Source: Acidobacteriota bacterium (lineage in GTDB: Bacteria; Acidobacteriota; UBA6911; RPQK01; JAJDTT01). From it: DNA of 64,000 nt. The notes beneath the pieces were generated by a model. That model did not search any database and had not been told where the DNA came from. It saw only the letters and a program-made list of their open reading frames with translations. A program made the position numbers and the translations under genes. The DNA lies in the NCBI GenBank assembly GCA_965217775.1, contig CBDCJH010000002.1, forward strand, positions 4,640,001 through 4,704,000, in the 5' to 3' direction. Of this stretch, positions 8,874 to 19,231 are shown one piece after another (positions within the stretch are counted from its first letter, which is position 1; every line of letters starts with the position of its first letter).

Positions 8874-10804
8874 CCGAAGTTCCAGACATAGAGACGAGAT
8901 AACTCCTTGATTCTAAAGGGACAACTCACGAAGCGGACTAGTTGTCCACTGGGAACACCTTGACCAACTCCAGCGCCCGTCGCTGCAGCGTCGTCGGTTC
9001 CGTCAATCGTTGCAGCGTCGGACCGTCCGGGTCCGAAGCGGTTCGGCACTGGTGACGGGCACGCGTCGCCATCTCCGCCATCAGTGTCTTGAAGCTGTGA
9101 AGCGGCAGTCCGTCCTCGGTTTCCCGCTTCGTCTTCTTTCGTTTGGCCGAGGCCGACGGCTCGGCTTTCAGCACCGGGTCCCGTCGAGCGCGGTGCGCGT
9201 CCAGGTCCTCGTCATCGAACAACAACGGGGCCAGGGCTCGCCGCAGATGCCACTGGACATAGTAGGCCAGCAGGCACAGGAACAGGTGCGACCGCACCCG
9301 CATCTCTGCCCGGTGACGGATGGGACGGATCTGCAAGTCCACCGTCTTGAGTGAGCGGAAGGCCCGCTCCACGTTCGTCAGGTTCTTGTAGCTGCGCACC
9401 ACGTCGGGCGTCGCCAACCGGTCTTCGGGTTCGCTGGTGCGCAGGATGTAGAATCCGTCCAGTTGCGCCTCGCGGGCGATGGCTTCGGTGCGCCGAGCGT
9501 ATTCGAAGCGCCCGTCTTCGATCACCAGCTCGAAGTGCTTGGCCACCTTGTACCGGTTCTTGATCCGACCCACCTTCAGCGCGATCTGGGTCGCCAGCAA
9601 GGGCGTCTTGGTCCGTCGCGCCACCTCCCGGGCGATCCGGGCCAACTTCTTCTCCGTCTCCGCCACCAGGTCCTGGCGTTTGTTCCGCCGATACTCGGCC
9701 AGCATCGGGTTGTAACAGACGACGAGCCGTTCGCCCGGATAGGCCTCGGTCCGGATCTCCGCCAAGTGACGCTCGTCAAAGAGCGAGGGTTGAACCGCTT
9801 GGGCGTCCACCAGTTGGCGAATGGCCTCATGCCGCAGGGCCGAGATCCAGCCCAGCCCCGGATACCGCTTCAGATGCTTGATCTGAGTCTCGGTCAGCAG
9901 CCCCCGGTCCCCCACCAGCACCACCCGCTTCAAGCCGAAGCGCTGGCGTAACTTCTCGACTTGATCCGGCACCGTGACCGGATCCCCCGTGTTGCCGGGA
10001 TAGGCCTGGACCGCCACCGGACAACCCGCCGCATCGGCCATCACCCCGTAGACCACGATGGGACGGCCCCGCTTGCCGTCCCGGCTGTGGCCGTACTGCA
10101 TCAGGGAGCAGGTGTGGCCTTCATAGTAGCTGCTGCTGACGTCGTAGAGCACGTGATCCCCTTCAGCCAGATGCCGCCGGGCCAGCTTCTTCTCGATCCG
10201 ATTCTGACGTTCGAGCAACCAGTCCATGGCCCCGTACAGGTCGTCCTCGTCGGCGTCCTCCAGGGAGAGCTCGGAAGCCAGGGTGGTGGTGTGCCAGAGC
10301 CGGGTGGTGGCGAGCTTGGAGGCGGGATGCAACAAGCGCTGAATGATCAGGGCCAGCACCAGGTTGCGCTGGCGCGAGGGCTTGGGGTCGATCAGAGTCG
10401 GGAGCTTCAGGCGGCGGATGGCTTTGAGAACCATCTCGACATGGCCATGAGGAAGGGAGCGTTCGATGACGAAGAGCTCATCGGGGTGGACGAGAGGGAC
10501 GTTCTTGAGGACGAGACGGAGTCGCTGGATCTTGTCCGGGGGCCACTTGGAGAGGTTGGCGATGGTGCGTTTACGGACGCGCTTGCCTTCGCGCCAGCCT
10601 TCGCGCAGGAGGATGGCGGGGCGGGAGTTTCGGTTGGGGACGGTGTCGATGTACATGGCAACTAGTATATAGAATATACCTTTTATATTCAACAGGAAGA
10701 GTCATCACATACATGGGAACACAAATGAGCTGATTCAGAGCCGTATCCGTAATAAAATCAACGACTTAGCTCGATTTTAGGGGGATATTTTCCCGGAACT
10801 TCCG
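8874..10804 (-). mobile_element. IS1634-family insertion sequence
   Basis: Ends CCGAAGTTCC / GGAACTTCCG; TSD ATTAAG at 8868-8873 and 10805-10810. Confidence 0.85.
8938..10656 (-). CDS. IS1634 family DDE transposase
   Basis: MYIDTVPNRNSRPAILLRE N-terminus; YDVSSSYYEG, VGDRG, YKNLTNVERAFRSLK. Confidence 0.93.
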   Translation of the reverse strand: MYIDTVPNRNSRPAILLREGWREGKRVRKRTIANLSKWPPDKIQRLRLVLKNVPLVHPDELFVIERSLPHGHVEMVLKAIRRLKLPTLIDPKPSRQRNLVLALIIQRLLHPASKLATTRLWHTTTLASELSLEDADEDDLYGAMDWLLERQNRIEKKLARRHLAEGDHVLYDVSSSYYEGHTCSLMQYGHSRDGKRGRPIVVYGVMADAAGCPVAVQAYPGNTGDPVTVPDQVEKLRQRFGLKRVVLVGDRGLLTETQIKHLKRYPGLGWISALRHEAIRQLVDAQAVQPSLFDERHLAEIRTEAYPGERLVVCYNPMLAEYRRNKRQDLVAETEKKLARIAREVARRTKTPLLATQIALKVGRIKNRYKVAKHFELVIEDGRFEYARRTEAIAREAQLDGFYILRTSEPEDRLATPDVVRSYKNLTNVERAFRSLKTVDLQIRPIRHRAEMRVRSHLFLCLLAYYVQWHLRRALAPLLFDDEDLDAHRARRDPVLKAEPSASAKRKKTKRETEDGLPLHSFKTLMAEMATRARHQCRTASDPDGPTLQRLTEPTTLQRRALELVKVFPVDN

Positions 10805-10864
10805 ATTAAGAGTCGGCGGCAAGAAAACCGCCGCTCTCGCTCCCGCTCCTGCTAGGATTTCCCC

Positions 10865-11827
10865 ATGGCGACGCCCCCCGCCGTCAGTGTGATCATTCCC
10901 TGCTACCGGCACGCCGCGGTGCTGCCTCGGGTGTTGGAGGCACTGGAGGCTCAGGAGACTGCTCTGGATTTCGAGGTGCTGGTTGTGGAGTCGGGGGGGA
11001 ACGAGGCGGCAAGGTTGGTCGGGGGGCGGTTTCCTGAGGTCCAGGTGCTGTGTCATGAGGGGCGGTTGTTGCCCGGAGCGGCGCGGAACCGGGGGGCGGC
11101 GGTGGCAAGGGGAACCTGCCTGGCGTTTGTCGACGCGGATGCGGTGCCGGAGCGGCGGTGGCTGGAGACACTGTACCGCCGTTTGGCTTCTTCGCCCCGA
11201 ATAGTCATGGTGTCGGGGACGGTGGGGCGGCCGGCGGGGGCCGGCGCGGCGGCGCGGGTGCTCCACTGGATCGAGTTCTCCTCGTTCCTGCCCGGGCTGG
11301 CGTCCGGAGATCGGGACGCCCTCTGCAGTTGCAATCTCCTGGTCCGGAAGGAGGAGCTGCTGGAGTGCGGGGGTTTTGACGAGAGCCTGGAGATGGCCGA
11401 GGACCTGATGCTCTGCCGGAGGATCGGTGGGCAAGCGGGAACACTACTATATATAGAGGCGTCTGCCGGCGTCTGTCACTCGAATGATGTGACCTGGGAA
11501 AAGGCTCGGGTCCATCTGCGCCGTCTGGGCTACTGGAGCGGCCGGTTCCGAACTCTGGAGGAGGTCCCCGGGTCGTGGTTGCGCCAGCTCCCGGCGCTCA
11601 GTCTGGCGTTGCCGCTGTGGCGGCTCCCCCGGATCATTGGGCGGATATTTCGCAGTGATGCCAAGGAGGGGTTGAGGTCACTCATCCGGCTTCCCTGGTT
11701 GGTTTGGGGGCTGTTGGCCTGGGCGCTGGGTTTCCACCAAGGGTTGAAGGCGGGGAAAGAGGATGGGAGCGGCGGATTCCAGCCGCCGATTCGGGGGGAG
11801 GGGGGACGGAGTCCCCACTCCGCGTAG
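10865..11827 (+). CDS. Glycosyltransferase family 2
   Basis: VSVIIPCY, GAARNRG, FVDAD, GGFDE, AED motifs; C-terminal TMs; last residues encoded by a REP. Confidence 0.92.
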   Translation: MATPPAVSVIIPCYRHAAVLPRVLEALEAQETALDFEVLVVESGGNEAARLVGGRFPEVQVLCHEGRLLPGAARNRGAAVARGTCLAFVDADAVPERRWLETLYRRLASSPRIVMVSGTVGRPAGAGAAARVLHWIEFSSFLPGLASGDRDALCSCNLLVRKEELLECGGFDESLEMAEDLMLCRRIGGQAGTLLYIEASAGVCHSNDVTWEKARVHLRRLGYWSGRFRTLEEVPGSWLRQLPALSLALPLWRLPRIIGRIFRSDAKEGLRSLIRLPWLVWGLLAWALGFHQGLKAGKEDGSGGFQPPIRGEGGRSPHSA

Positions 11828-11910
11828 CGTCTTCCAACCGGGAGAAATGAAGAATGGGGGACAAGAATATCCCCCCTCCTCAAGAGCAGGCGGCAAGAAA
11901 GTCGTCACTC
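11765..11910. repeat. Composite REP-like cluster
   Basis: GGAGCGGCGGATTCCAGCCGCCGA, GGGGACGGAGTCCCC and GGCGGCAAGAAAGTCGTC hairpins between convergent genes. Confidence 0.8.
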
Positions 11911-11911
11911 C

Positions 11912-12766
11912 TTAGCGACAGGTCTCCGGCTCCGACTTGACGTAGTAGCTCTTGTAGTTTGACCCTTCGGGATCCATGCACCCGGCCAGGTTCAGCAGCT
12001 CGACCTTGCGGAACTCGATGGGGTGGCTCTCGCTCTGCAGCGAGATGTAGCCGTTCTCCAGCGGCTCGCCGTCCCGCTTGAACGCCGGATCATGCCCCTC
12101 CACGGCGCCGCCTCCGATCTGCGGCATTTCGTATTCCAGCACCACCTCTCCTTCGGCGATGTGCCGGACCACGGAACTGCCCAGCACCAGCACCTCCGCC
12201 CGGACCCACTGGTCTCCGTGATAGGTCTTCGACCTGGAGTCCGTGCAGTGGTCTGTCATGAGCGTTCCGTTGAACACCACATGGGTCCCGGGCGTGCACA
12301 GGTTCATGGTGGTGCGCTCCCGTTCGCCGTCGCCGCCGAGCAGTTGGGCTTCGATGGAGATGGGAAAGGTCTGATCGCGGCGCATGCTTTCGGGGGGCTG
12401 CGAGTGCAGCATGATGCCGCTGTTGCGGAAGGCCCAGCTCGGACCGCCCTGGACCTGGTCTCCGATGAATCGATATTCCACGACCAGCCTGTAGTGCGAG
12501 AAGGGTCGCTCGTAGAAGATGTGGCCGAACCGCGAGTTGAACGGGCCTTCATACGCCTCGTAGCCGACTTGCATGACTCCGTTGCTGACGCGGAACGTAT
12601 TCCCGAAGTTCTCTCCCGTCTCGTGGCCGCGAATCTTGGGAATCCAGCCGTCGAGGTTCTTGCCGTTGAACAGTTGGATCCAGTCCTCCTTCGCGTGCGA
12701 TTGTCCGCTGGCGGTCAGGGTCGCCAGGAGCAGGGAGAGGAAAGAAATGCAGAGTCGCCGGGACAT
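11912..12766 (-). CDS. DUF1080 (3-keto-disaccharide hydrolase family) protein
   Basis: Signal peptide, WIQLFNGKNLDGW, NSG, GYISLQSE, IEFR; the longer ORF call runs through MITE A. Confidence 0.9.
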   Translation of the reverse strand: MSRRLCISFLSLLLATLTASGQSHAKEDWIQLFNGKNLDGWIPKIRGHETGENFGNTFRVSNGVMQVGYEAYEGPFNSRFGHIFYERPFSHYRLVVEYRFIGDQVQGGPSWAFRNSGIMLHSQPPESMRRDQTFPISIEAQLLGGDGERERTTMNLCTPGTHVVFNGTLMTDHCTDSRSKTYHGDQWVRAEVLVLGSSVVRHIAEGEVVLEYEMPQIGGGAVEGHDPAFKRDGEPLENGYISLQSESHPIEFRKVELLNLAGCMDPEGSNYKSYYVKSEPETCR

Positions 12767-12783
12767 TCGAGTGGAGAGTATAG

Positions 12784-12942
12784 CAGCCCGTGGCGAAAGT
12801 CCCGCGAGCACCGAGACCGTTCCTGCGCCCGCCGGACAAGGCGCTTCGGAGGGAGCATACCGGGAGTATGTGAGCCGATAGCAACGCAGTCCGCCGGGAT
12901 GCAGGGACGGTCGAATGCCGTGACGACTTTTGCCACGGGCTG
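12784..12942 (-). mobile_element. MITE family A, copy 3 (inverted)
   Basis: Reverse complement of copy 1; TSD ATAG. Confidence 0.9.
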
Positions 12943-13623
12943 ATAGCTGGTGGGCCGTCCCTTCGTGGGGAGGTCGATGCGGGGAATGCGGGAGTCGGGG
13001 CAAGAGGGGGAGTGAGGAGGTTCCCGGACGACCGGTTATTGCTATAGATAGACAAATTTGGCGCTGTTTTTACCATCCATAGTCGAAATCCCGATTCCGC
13101 ATGGATTGAGCCAAGATATTTCACGGTCCAGCCACCTGCTCGCCCATGCTTTTGTGCCCCATTGTGAGCTTGGGAGTTCGGCGGTTATGAAACCGCCGCT
13201 CCTCGACCGAATATTCCGTTCGTCGTGTTCGACGCAGGTTTGGCGGTCGCCGCAAGTGAATCAGGCGCCACGGTCCACGGAGCGCGTCCTGGAAGCTGAG
13301 AGAAAAGGTAGCGGCGCCTGGAAGAGTGAAGAAAGGAGCGTAGATTACGCGTAGCGCGCACCACAACCGAAAAGGTCAATACTCATTCCGGTCGCCGGTA
13401 GACATCCCGGCGATGGGCGACGCGGACGACCAGCACGACGAGTACACCTTCGCGCACTTCGTAAATCACGCGGTAATCGCCCACGCGAAGCCGGCGCAGG
13501 CCCCGCATATCGCCCTTGAGCGCATCGCCGAGGAATGGATTCTCTGCATGAATAGCGGTATGGCGTCGGCGGAAAACGGGGGTGGAGGAGAAGAATGGGC
13601 AATTGGAAATCGCCCTTCCGGCG

Positions 13624-14508
13624 TCACTCCTTTTCGGGCTTGACTTCTTGCTCGACCGCGGCGGGCAGGCTGGGGAGGGGAGGCGGTGAAGCCGGGCTGG
13701 GGAGGACGGGCGTTACGGTTTCTCCGCGCTTGAGTTGGTCGAGCTTTTTCTGGGTGAGGCCCAGCAGGGCTTTGGCGCCGGGACTCACGTAGTTGTAGAG
13801 GACGCGCACGGAGAAGAGTTTCTCCTTGGCTTCGTCTGCGTCTCCGAGTTTCAGCAAGAGGCGGAACTCGCTGGTCAAGGGTTTCTTGGATTCGTTCCCG
13901 ATGTAACGGAAGACCAGGCGGAGATCCTGGCCCGGGGCGACGGAGTCGGCGCTCTCCAGCAGCTCGAAACGGGTCTTGTCGTAGTCGACGCGGGAAATGT
14001 GGACCGATTCAGGCAAGCCGTTGCGGATCCGGACCGTGCCCCGTTGGGTCCGGTCCAGGAAGTGGATCCGGACTTGCCTGGGAAGCACCTTCAGGGTGCC
14101 GGGTTTCGGCCCGCTCGGTCTTGGCGCCGTCCCGCCGGCAAGAGCCCTTTTGACCTTTTCCGGATTCGGGGGGCGAATCCGAAGCCGCCATCCGTCCTGT
14201 TGGCGGACCCAGACCTCGCGCATGGGCACGGGATAGTAAACCCCTGCCGGCAACAGCATCTGCTCCACCTTCACCGTTACCAGCGCTTCGTCCGGGGATC
14301 GGGACTCGATCTTGCCCAGCTCCCAGGAGCGAAAAGGGTTGGTGCGGCGGTCGAGGAACAGATTCTGACCCTCCGGCACGATGTATAGGAGGGCTCCCAC
14401 CTTGTCCCCCTTCTGCAGCAGGTCCCAGTAGGTCCGGACAGCTTTCTCCAGCTCCGGGTCCACGGCGGGGCTGGAGAAGAGGCTCAGATAGAGGGGCAGC
14501 CAAATCAT
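13624..14508 (-). CDS. Hypothetical exported protein
   Basis: 294 aa ORF, short hydrophobic leader, GGAG upstream. Confidence 0.75.
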   Translation of the reverse strand: MIWLPLYLSLFSSPAVDPELEKAVRTYWDLLQKGDKVGALLYIVPEGQNLFLDRRTNPFRSWELGKIESRSPDEALVTVKVEQMLLPAGVYYPVPMREVWVRQQDGWRLRIRPPNPEKVKRALAGGTAPRPSGPKPGTLKVLPRQVRIHFLDRTQRGTVRIRNGLPESVHISRVDYDKTRFELLESADSVAPGQDLRLVFRYIGNESKKPLTSEFRLLLKLGDADEAKEKLFSVRVLYNYVSPGAKALLGLTQKKLDQLKRGETVTPVLPSPASPPPLPSLPAAVEQEVKPEKE

Positions 14509-14773
14509 GCCTGGGGTCTCCTGGGAAGATCCGAACCAAAAATGGCCGCTCCGGAGAGCGGCCGAGGCCAGAAAAAATCGTATCGAACGATCAGAGGAAT
14601 GGAAAAGATCGGGGGCTGCGCCATTGGTTCGCGGCAGCCCCCGACTTCAGCTCTCGTTGCTCCCACCCCGGAATTGCCCGATCCGGGAGCGGGAGTCCCT
14701 GCCGAAAAATTCTCTTGCAGGGAATGTCACCGTCACCCTTTGACGATGGCGGTGTCAGGTCTGAAGTGCCCCT

Positions 14774-15349
14774 CTATTCCATCATCATGTCCATCATCAT
14801 GGGCTTGATCCCTGCGCCCTGATGAGAGACGGGCGGCGTCATGTCGCCGTGCTGATTCAAAAACGCACCGATGATGGTGCGGGTTCCGGCGACGCCGTCG
14901 AAGTTGGCCACGACCCAGGCATAGCCCATGAACTCCATGTCACCCACAATCTCGCTCAAGAGCACGGTGTAGGTCATCCCCGGGCCAAGCATCCCGTCCA
15001 TCAGACCGTGGCCGGGGGAGTCCATCGAGGTCTCATGCATCATCATGGTGCCGTCCGAGTTGTAGAGGTAGATCTCCAGGGTGCCCATCATGTCGGAGCC
15101 CTCGTAAGCTCCACCCCCGGTGTCGATGCCGGCCGGAGCCATGAGGACGTTGCTCACCGAAATGGCGGTGTCGAAGGCATACATCGGATCTTCATTGGGG
15201 AGGCTGACCAGGTAGCTGGCGAAAACGGCAGATTGCTCTGACGTGTGCCCGGCCGCCATGAAAGAAACTGAGGTGCCGGCCATTGCCGTTCCGCCGAAGG
15301 CAACGGTTAGCAGGACTACCGAAAAAAGCATCGCTCTCGATTTGTTCAT
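14774..15349 (-). CDS. Secreted methionine-rich hypothetical protein
   Basis: RBS AGAGGAG, signal peptide ending AMA, about 24 Met in 191 aa. Confidence 0.8.
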   Translation of the reverse strand: MNKSRAMLFSVVLLTVAFGGTAMAGTSVSFMAAGHTSEQSAVFASYLVSLPNEDPMYAFDTAISVSNVLMAPAGIDTGGGAYEGSDMMGTLEIYLYNSDGTMMMHETSMDSPGHGLMDGMLGPGMTYTVLLSEIVGDMEFMGYAWVVANFDGVAGTRTIIGAFLNQHGDMTPPVSHQGAGIKPMMMDMMME

Positions 15350-15502
15350 TCCCTGTACTCCTCTACGAAATGACGGTTGGAAACAAAAACCCAGACCGCA
15401 ACGAAATGCGGCCGTTCGAACACACAAACTCCGTTACTCTTCCACGGAACTGACTGTCCAAGATGCCAGAGCCTTTTAAAAGTCGCAACTTTCGCAACCG
15501 GA

Positions 15503-17191
15503 TCACCACCAGATCACCATCTGGCGGGAATCAAGCCTAAAATAGTCTCCCACGATAATCAAGCCGGGATATTCCGGAGCCGGAAATGAAGTGTAGAGCA
15601 CATGGCCTTGCTCGGTCGTCTCGAAGACCGCGAAGCTGACGATGTCCTCGTAGACCAACACTTCCCGGCCATCCTCTCCGTCCGAGTTCTCCAGTTCCAG
15701 AGTGTGGAGGGAGTGTCCGGGAAACGACAGCCGTCGTGGCCGCCCGTCGTGATAGAGGGTGGAATAGAATATGGACTGCGTCATGTCCCGATCCAGAATG
15801 TAGAGGCGCTTGTCATAGCGCCTGATATTGGAGGTCATGACGATCCCGGGCGCGAAGCTCATGGCCAGTTCCTTGAAGAGGACCAGTTGCTCGCCGTCTC
15901 GAGTGTAGATGGTCAGGCCGGGTCCCAGGTCGGTCACCATGACAATCTCTTCCTCTCCGTCGCCGCTGAAATCGAAGAGGGCGAGATTCAGGACCTGCCG
16001 CCGCAAAACGTGACCTTGGGCCTGGAGCACGAACTGGCCGGAGCCGTCTCCTGTCTCAGTCTCCAGGAGGGCCCCCAGGGGACCGTTCAGGGCCCGGACC
16101 AGGTCCACGTGACCGTCCTGATTCAGGTCGGCGACCACGACCATCTCGTCCTCATCGAAGACCCGGTACCCTTCCGGATTGGGTCCGATGGTGAAGGTGC
16201 GGTCGTTTTCCAGGAAAAACTGATTCCGGGCGTCTCGGCGGCCCCGATAGACGCGCCGGGCACTCCCTCCCGTGCCGTAGTCGCCGACCACCACGAAGTC
16301 AAACGTGGGGTCCGGGGCGACGAGGCCGCCTCCGGGACGGAACGGCGGCGGACGGGGAGCCGGGGGCACGGGGTCAGGCCCACCCGGCGGAGCGGGCGGC
16401 GGCATGGGCGGCGGCATGGGCGGCGGATTCGGCGGCTCCGGCGGAGTCGTACCGGTGGACGGGTCGCCGGTGTCGCCGCCCCCGTCGGAGGGATCGTCGC
16501 CGGTCACGTCATTGGGGTCCGCCCGGTCCAGGAAGGCCCGCCGGAACGGATTGCGCGCGTTCATGTAAGGGTTGCCCAGGGAGCGGCCGCTGCCGAACTG
16601 GCTCCAGGCCGCCTGGTAGTCGCGCTCGAACTGCCGGAGCTCGGACGCCCGGGCCATCATGTCGGCCGTGGAACGGGCGCCTTCAGGGGTGATCGGATCG
16701 GCCCCCGGTCCCGGTTCCGCCGCATCTCCCGGGCCGGTCCTGGAGGTGGTGGCTCCCGCGGGGTTGCGGCCCGGAGTCCTTCTCGACTGGCTGGTCCGGC
16801 GGCTCGCGGACTGCGAGCGACGGCTGGACGAGGCGGAACGGGAGGTTTGAAACCTCCCCGCATCGCGGCTTCGAGGGGAGGTCCCGTAAGAGCGGGGAAA
16901 TGGAAACGAAGCCGGCGCCGCCGCATCCGATCGGACCCATCCGGCGGTACCCGGGTCCGGCCGATAGTGGGATTCATCGCCGGATCCCGGGATGAACTGC
17001 CAGATCAGCACCGAGAGCAACGACGCGGCCACCAGGGAGGCAAAGAAGCCGAAACTTCCCAGCCTTCTGCCGTACCCGCGCCTCCGGCCATTTCGACTCA
17101 CTGTTAGGATTAAACTCCGATTCGAATCACCGGGCCGCCGATGGGCGATCGAGCCGAGTCGTGAGACCGCCGTTGGGGACGAAGCCGGCAA
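15503..17191 (-). CDS. Membrane-anchored protein with Pro/Ser-rich linker and FG-GAP/VCBS-like repeats
   Basis: N-terminal TM; DLNQDGHVDLV and DFSGDGEEEIV Ca-binding-type motifs. Confidence 0.75.
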   Translation of the reverse strand: MPASSPTAVSRLGSIAHRRPGDSNRSLILTVSRNGRRRGYGRRLGSFGFFASLVAASLLSVLIWQFIPGSGDESHYRPDPGTAGWVRSDAAAPASFPFPRSYGTSPRSRDAGRFQTSRSASSSRRSQSASRRTSQSRRTPGRNPAGATTSRTGPGDAAEPGPGADPITPEGARSTADMMARASELRQFERDYQAAWSQFGSGRSLGNPYMNARNPFRRAFLDRADPNDVTGDDPSDGGGDTGDPSTGTTPPEPPNPPPMPPPMPPPAPPGGPDPVPPAPRPPPFRPGGGLVAPDPTFDFVVVGDYGTGGSARRVYRGRRDARNQFFLENDRTFTIGPNPEGYRVFDEDEMVVVADLNQDGHVDLVRALNGPLGALLETETGDGSGQFVLQAQGHVLRRQVLNLALFDFSGDGEEEIVMVTDLGPGLTIYTRDGEQLVLFKELAMSFAPGIVMTSNIRRYDKRLYILDRDMTQSIFYSTLYHDGRPRRLSFPGHSLHTLELENSDGEDGREVLVYEDIVSFAVFETTEQGHVLYTSFPAPEYPGLIIVGDYFRLDSRQMVIWW

Positions 17192-17367
17192 GACCCGTTC
17201 TCAAGCGTAATGGCCAATGATAGCACTTTCCTCGTCCTTCTCTCATCTTGCGACTTTTTCCTTTCAGGGTCATCTCCTAAATTGATTGGGAGAGAGGAGG
17301 GCTGGTAGTTTTGGCAAGGTCGGAGAGGCAGTTTGGGGCAACCTGAATTCCGTTTTAGTCCGTACAC

Positions 17368-17958
17368 ATGCCAGGCGAAATCAGTCCGGAAGAGTTGGCG
17401 GCCATCGTCAAGCGAGCCCAAGAGGGTTCCGCCGCCGACTTTCATGCGCTCTACGAGCTATTCGTCAAGCGCATTTACAATTTTATCTTACGGCTGATCG
17501 GCTCCAAGGAAGATGCCGAAGACCTCACACAAGAAACTTTCCTCAAGGTCCACCGGGAAATCAAGAAGCTCCGGGACCGGAAACAGTTTCGCTACTGGCT
17601 CTACCGCATCGCCAGGAACGAGGTCTACCAGAAGCTTCGCCGCACTAAGAAGGTCAGCGAGATCTCTCTGGATGGAGAGGAAGGGCCTCTGGACTGGCTC
17701 CTGGCCGATGAGGGCATGGAGTTGGATCCGGAGCGGACGTTTCTTTCTCAAGAGCTCAATCAGGTCATTCTCAGTGCCTTGCGGTCGCTCACGCCCAAAT
17801 ATCGCGACGTGTTCGTGCTGGCTGTTTTCCAGAAGATGAAGTACATAGAAATTTCAAGAATCGTGGGTCGGTCGCTGCTTTCGGTAAAGACCGACATCTA
17901 CCGAGCCAGGTTGGTGGTGAAGGACCACGTGAAGACCTACATGGGGAGGAGAAAATGA
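17368..17958 (+). CDS. ECF RNA polymerase sigma factor
   Basis: DAEDLTQETFLK, WLYRIARN, region 4 HTH. Confidence 0.95.
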   Translation: MPGEISPEELAAIVKRAQEGSAADFHALYELFVKRIYNFILRLIGSKEDAEDLTQETFLKVHREIKKLRDRKQFRYWLYRIARNEVYQKLRRTKKVSEISLDGEEGPLDWLLADEGMELDPERTFLSQELNQVILSALRSLTPKYRDVFVLAVFQKMKYIEISRIVGRSLLSVKTDIYRARLVVKDHVKTYMGRRK

Positions 17959-18455
17959 GCCGCTCCTGCCGGGGTTTTCTGCTTTCGATTTCGGCGCTGG
18001 CCGACGACAACCTGGAGGCGGCGTCCGTACCGGCGGTGAGGGCCCACCTCGCCGAGTGTCAAGCGTGCAACCGGCTCTACCAAGAGCAGCGGGAGTTGTC
18101 GGACTGGATCAGGGCCGGGTTTCCGGACGTGGAGCCGGCGCCTGAGATCTGGAGCCGTATCGAGTCGAGGTTGCCGGTTCCCCGGGGCTCCCTCTGGGAG
18201 CAGTTGGGATCGGGGCTGGCGGCGGCGGTTCGTTTTCCCGAGGTCCGGTACGTGGCGGCCAGCCTGGTTCTGCTGGCAATTCTCTCCGGCGGTTTCATGG
18301 GACGGATCCAGGAGGCGCAGCCGGTGCCTCCAGTCTACGCCAAGGCGGAGAACCCGTTCCTGTTGGCATTGAAACAGGAGACCTTCCCTTCTTCCCTCGC
18401 CCAACGAGCGGAGAAGGGGGAGAATCCCTTTGACTTGATCAGGGGTGTGCGATGA
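17955..18455 (+). CDS. Anti-sigma factor (zf-HC2)
   Basis: HLAECQAC motif, single TM, ATGA overlap with the sigma gene. Confidence 0.9.
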   Translation: MSRSCRGFLLSISALADDNLEAASVPAVRAHLAECQACNRLYQEQRELSDWIRAGFPDVEPAPEIWSRIESRLPVPRGSLWEQLGSGLAAAVRFPEVRYVAASLVLLAILSGGFMGRIQEAQPVPPVYAKAENPFLLALKQETFPSSLAQRAEKGENPFDLIRGVR

Positions 18456-18898
18456 GGACTCTGATCCGATTTTCCGTTTTTCTGCTGGTTTTCGGGTTGG
18501 CGCCGGTCTGGGGATTTTCCGCGGCGGCGTCGGACCCGGCAGAGAACGCCAAACTGGCGGCGGCCGCGACTCACTACGAGATCGCCCAGCTCAAGCTCGA
18601 GTCGGGCGAGTATGACGCGGTCCTGGCCGAGATCCAGAAGATCCTGGACCTGGACTTCAGCGCCGAGAATGAAGGCGTGCTGACGTTCTCGGTGCTGAAC
18701 TTGACCGAGGAACTGCTGAATGCGGACCAGCATGGTCTGGCTCGGCAGGCGGTGGACGCGAGCTTGAAAGTCGTCGGCCAGCAGGAAAACCGGTTCATGC
18801 TCCTCATGTTCAAGGCCCGGGTCTTTAGAGACGAGGGTGAGACCGACGCCGCCCTCGAAACCTACCGCTCCGCCCAGCAACTGATCCAGCAGTTCTAG
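18452..18898 (+). CDS. Exported TPR-like protein
   Basis: Signal peptide, helical TPR-like pattern, ATGA overlap. Confidence 0.75.
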   Translation: MRTLIRFSVFLLVFGLAPVWGFSAAASDPAENAKLAAAATHYEIAQLKLESGEYDAVLAEIQKILDLDFSAENEGVLTFSVLNLTEELLNADQHGLARQAVDASLKVVGQQENRFMLLMFKARVFRDEGETDAALETYRSAQQLIQQF

Positions 18899-19030
18899 GA
18901 GCCTGCGCCGCAGAAATTGATCTACTGCGAAAGCGGTAGAATAGGTTCATATTTCCCCGATTTCTCGGCGAATCGAACGACTATGCACCTCAAAATCGAG
19001 AAAATCCGGCCTCGATTCCCCGCTTTCTCG
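18899..19030. mobile_element. MITE family C, truncated copy
   Basis: CTAG + GAGCCTGCGCCGCAGAAATTGATC, identical to the left end at 42130; right TIR not seen. Confidence 0.55.
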
Positions 19031-19231
19031 AAATGAATGAGTTACCCGACTTCAGCTCTGGAACTTCAGTTTAGATTACGGGCCATTTTTCACGCTACGA
19101 TGTCACCTGCTTCGAGCCCGACCAGGAAACCGGAAAGACGTCTCAACACCTCCACTCTGATTCCTCGTTCCTCATCAGACCGAGGTGTTCGAGGTGAAAA
19201 GGGTCGAGCGGTTCGGTCTCTGCGGTATTGA

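Noticed and set aside
12767-13003. N-terminal extension of the DUF1080 ORF
   Set aside because: Encoded by MITE A; the signal peptide starts at 12766
13058-13643. Short ORFs between the DUF1080 gene and 13624
   Set aside because: No recognisable motifs, and they overlap REPs; cannot be supported, though a decayed gene is possible
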